DNA from: Acidobacteriota bacterium
GTDB taxonomy: Bacteria > Acidobacteriota > Thermoanaerobaculia > UBA5066 > Gp7-AA6
Reading direction: 5' to 3'
Length of the DNA: 64,000 bases
NCBI GenBank assembly: GCA_046726795.1
Contig: JBKPBH010000027.1
Location: forward strand, 4,215 to 68,214
Position 1 is the stretch's first letter. Each line of letters opens with the position of its first letter. The position numbers were made by a program, and so were the translations under genes. The notes under the pieces are model-generated. The model did not search any database, had not been told where the DNA came from, and was given only the letters and a program-made list of their open reading frames with translations. Below are positions 63,297 to 64,000 of this stretch, piece by piece.

Positions 63297-64000
63297 ATGG
63301 GGCCTCCGCCGATCCTCGCCCGCGTCTCGCGCGGGAAGAGGGTCGAATCGGTCCATCGCGGGAGCGTGGCGGTGGTGGACGAGGAGGGCGCCCTGACGGC
63401 GTTTGCGGGCGCTCCGCAGGCGGGCATCTACCTTCGCTCCGCGGCCAAGCCGTTCCAGGCCATGGCCCTCTTAGACGCGGGGGGCGAGAAGGCGTTCCGG
63501 CTGGGCAGCGACGAGATCGCCCTGCTCTGCGCCTCCCATGGAGGGGAGCCGCGGCACGTGCGCGTCGCGAGGCGGCTTCTCGAGCGAGGCGGTTTCACTG
63601 CTGACGACCTGGCCTGCGGAGCGCACGCCCCGATGCACGAGCCCTCGGCGCGGGCTCTCATCGCTGCCGGAGAGCGACCCACAGCGCTCCACAACAATTG
63701 TTCCGGCAAGCACGCCGGGCTGCTGCTCGCATGCCGCCTTCGCGGACTCGATCCCGAGGGGTACTGGAGCCCTTCGCATCCGATCGAGAAGGTCGTGGTC
63801 GAGCGCCTGGGGGTCTTCTGTTCGGTTGCCTCCTCCCGAATCGGGATCGCCGTGGACGGATGCAGTCTCCCCGTCTTCCATCTTCCCCTCGCGGCCCTCG
63901 CCCTTGCGTACGCGAGGCTCTGCGCAGTCTCGCGGCCCGGGGGAAGGATGGGAGCCGGTGTCCGCGAAAGGATCCGACGGGCGATGTGGGAAAGCCCCGG
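63297..64000 (+). CDS. L-asparaginase II family protein, N-terminal fragment (continues past window end)
   Basis: Not in the ORF track (no stop inside the window); translation from ATG 63297 gives MGPPPILARVSRGKRVESVHRGSVAVVD...AKPFQAMALLDAGG...CASHGGEPRHV...NNCSGKHAG. Confidence 0.6.
   Translation, partial: MGPPPILARVSRGKRVESVHRGSVAVVDEEGALTAFAGAPQAGIYLRSAAKPFQAMALLDAGGEKAFRLGSDEIALLCASHGGEPRHVRVARRLLERGGFTADDLACGAHAPMHEPSARALIAAGERPTALHNNCSGKHAGLLLACRLRGLDPEGYWSPSHPIEKVVVERLGVFCSVASSRIGIAVDGCSLPVFHLPLAALALAYARLCAVSRPGGRMGAGVRERIRRAMWESP

Overview
This is a high-GC (about 68%) chromosomal window that is densely coded on both strands with almost no accessory-type genes; gene content and the ExbB-ExbD-ExbD-TonB-TPR arrangement suggest an Acidobacteria-like Gram-negative. 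Genes read from protein motifs in the ORF track: a complex I Q-module fragment (nuoB C-term, fused nuoCD, nuoI); a korAB 2-oxoacid:ferredoxin oxidoreductase in operon with a YdeP/FdhF-like molybdopterin oxidoreductase; a TetR-HlyD-ABC efflux operon followed by prx-folE; polX with a PHP/DsrE-like pair; dnaB, alr, mlaEFD, radA, purC, pepA, recN, tsaC, hisS-aspS-aroB, ftsY, ribD-ribE, hemW, hppA, exbB-exbD-exbD-tonB, nnr-tsaE, and several peptidases, phosphatases and a c-di-GMP HD-GYP sensor. The ORF track calls GTG/TTG as M and many long Arg/Pro/Gly-rich antisense ORFs are high-GC artefacts, so several starts were trimmed to internal, motif-supported codons. The most unusual signals are: (1) a sortase-like gene plus a single adjacent LPKTA-TM-RK sorting-signal protein (a sortase-target dyad in a Gram-negative, with the sortase possibly lacking the canonical His/Cys); (2) a dispersed set of stem-loops placed at or just after stop codons whose arms are built from 4-6 tandem 7-8 bp direct repeats, each locus with a different unit, some overlapping start or stop codons; (3) a nuoB-nuoCD-nuoI cluster lacking nuoE-H and nuoJ-N; (4) a ThiF/MoeB E1-like gene with a ~100 aa C-terminal extension next to tsaC; (5) a 331 aa unknown ORF translationally coupled between ribE and hemW; (6) divergent genes with abutting start codons (CACATG). 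No rRNA, tRNA, CRISPR, transposase or integrase was recognised.
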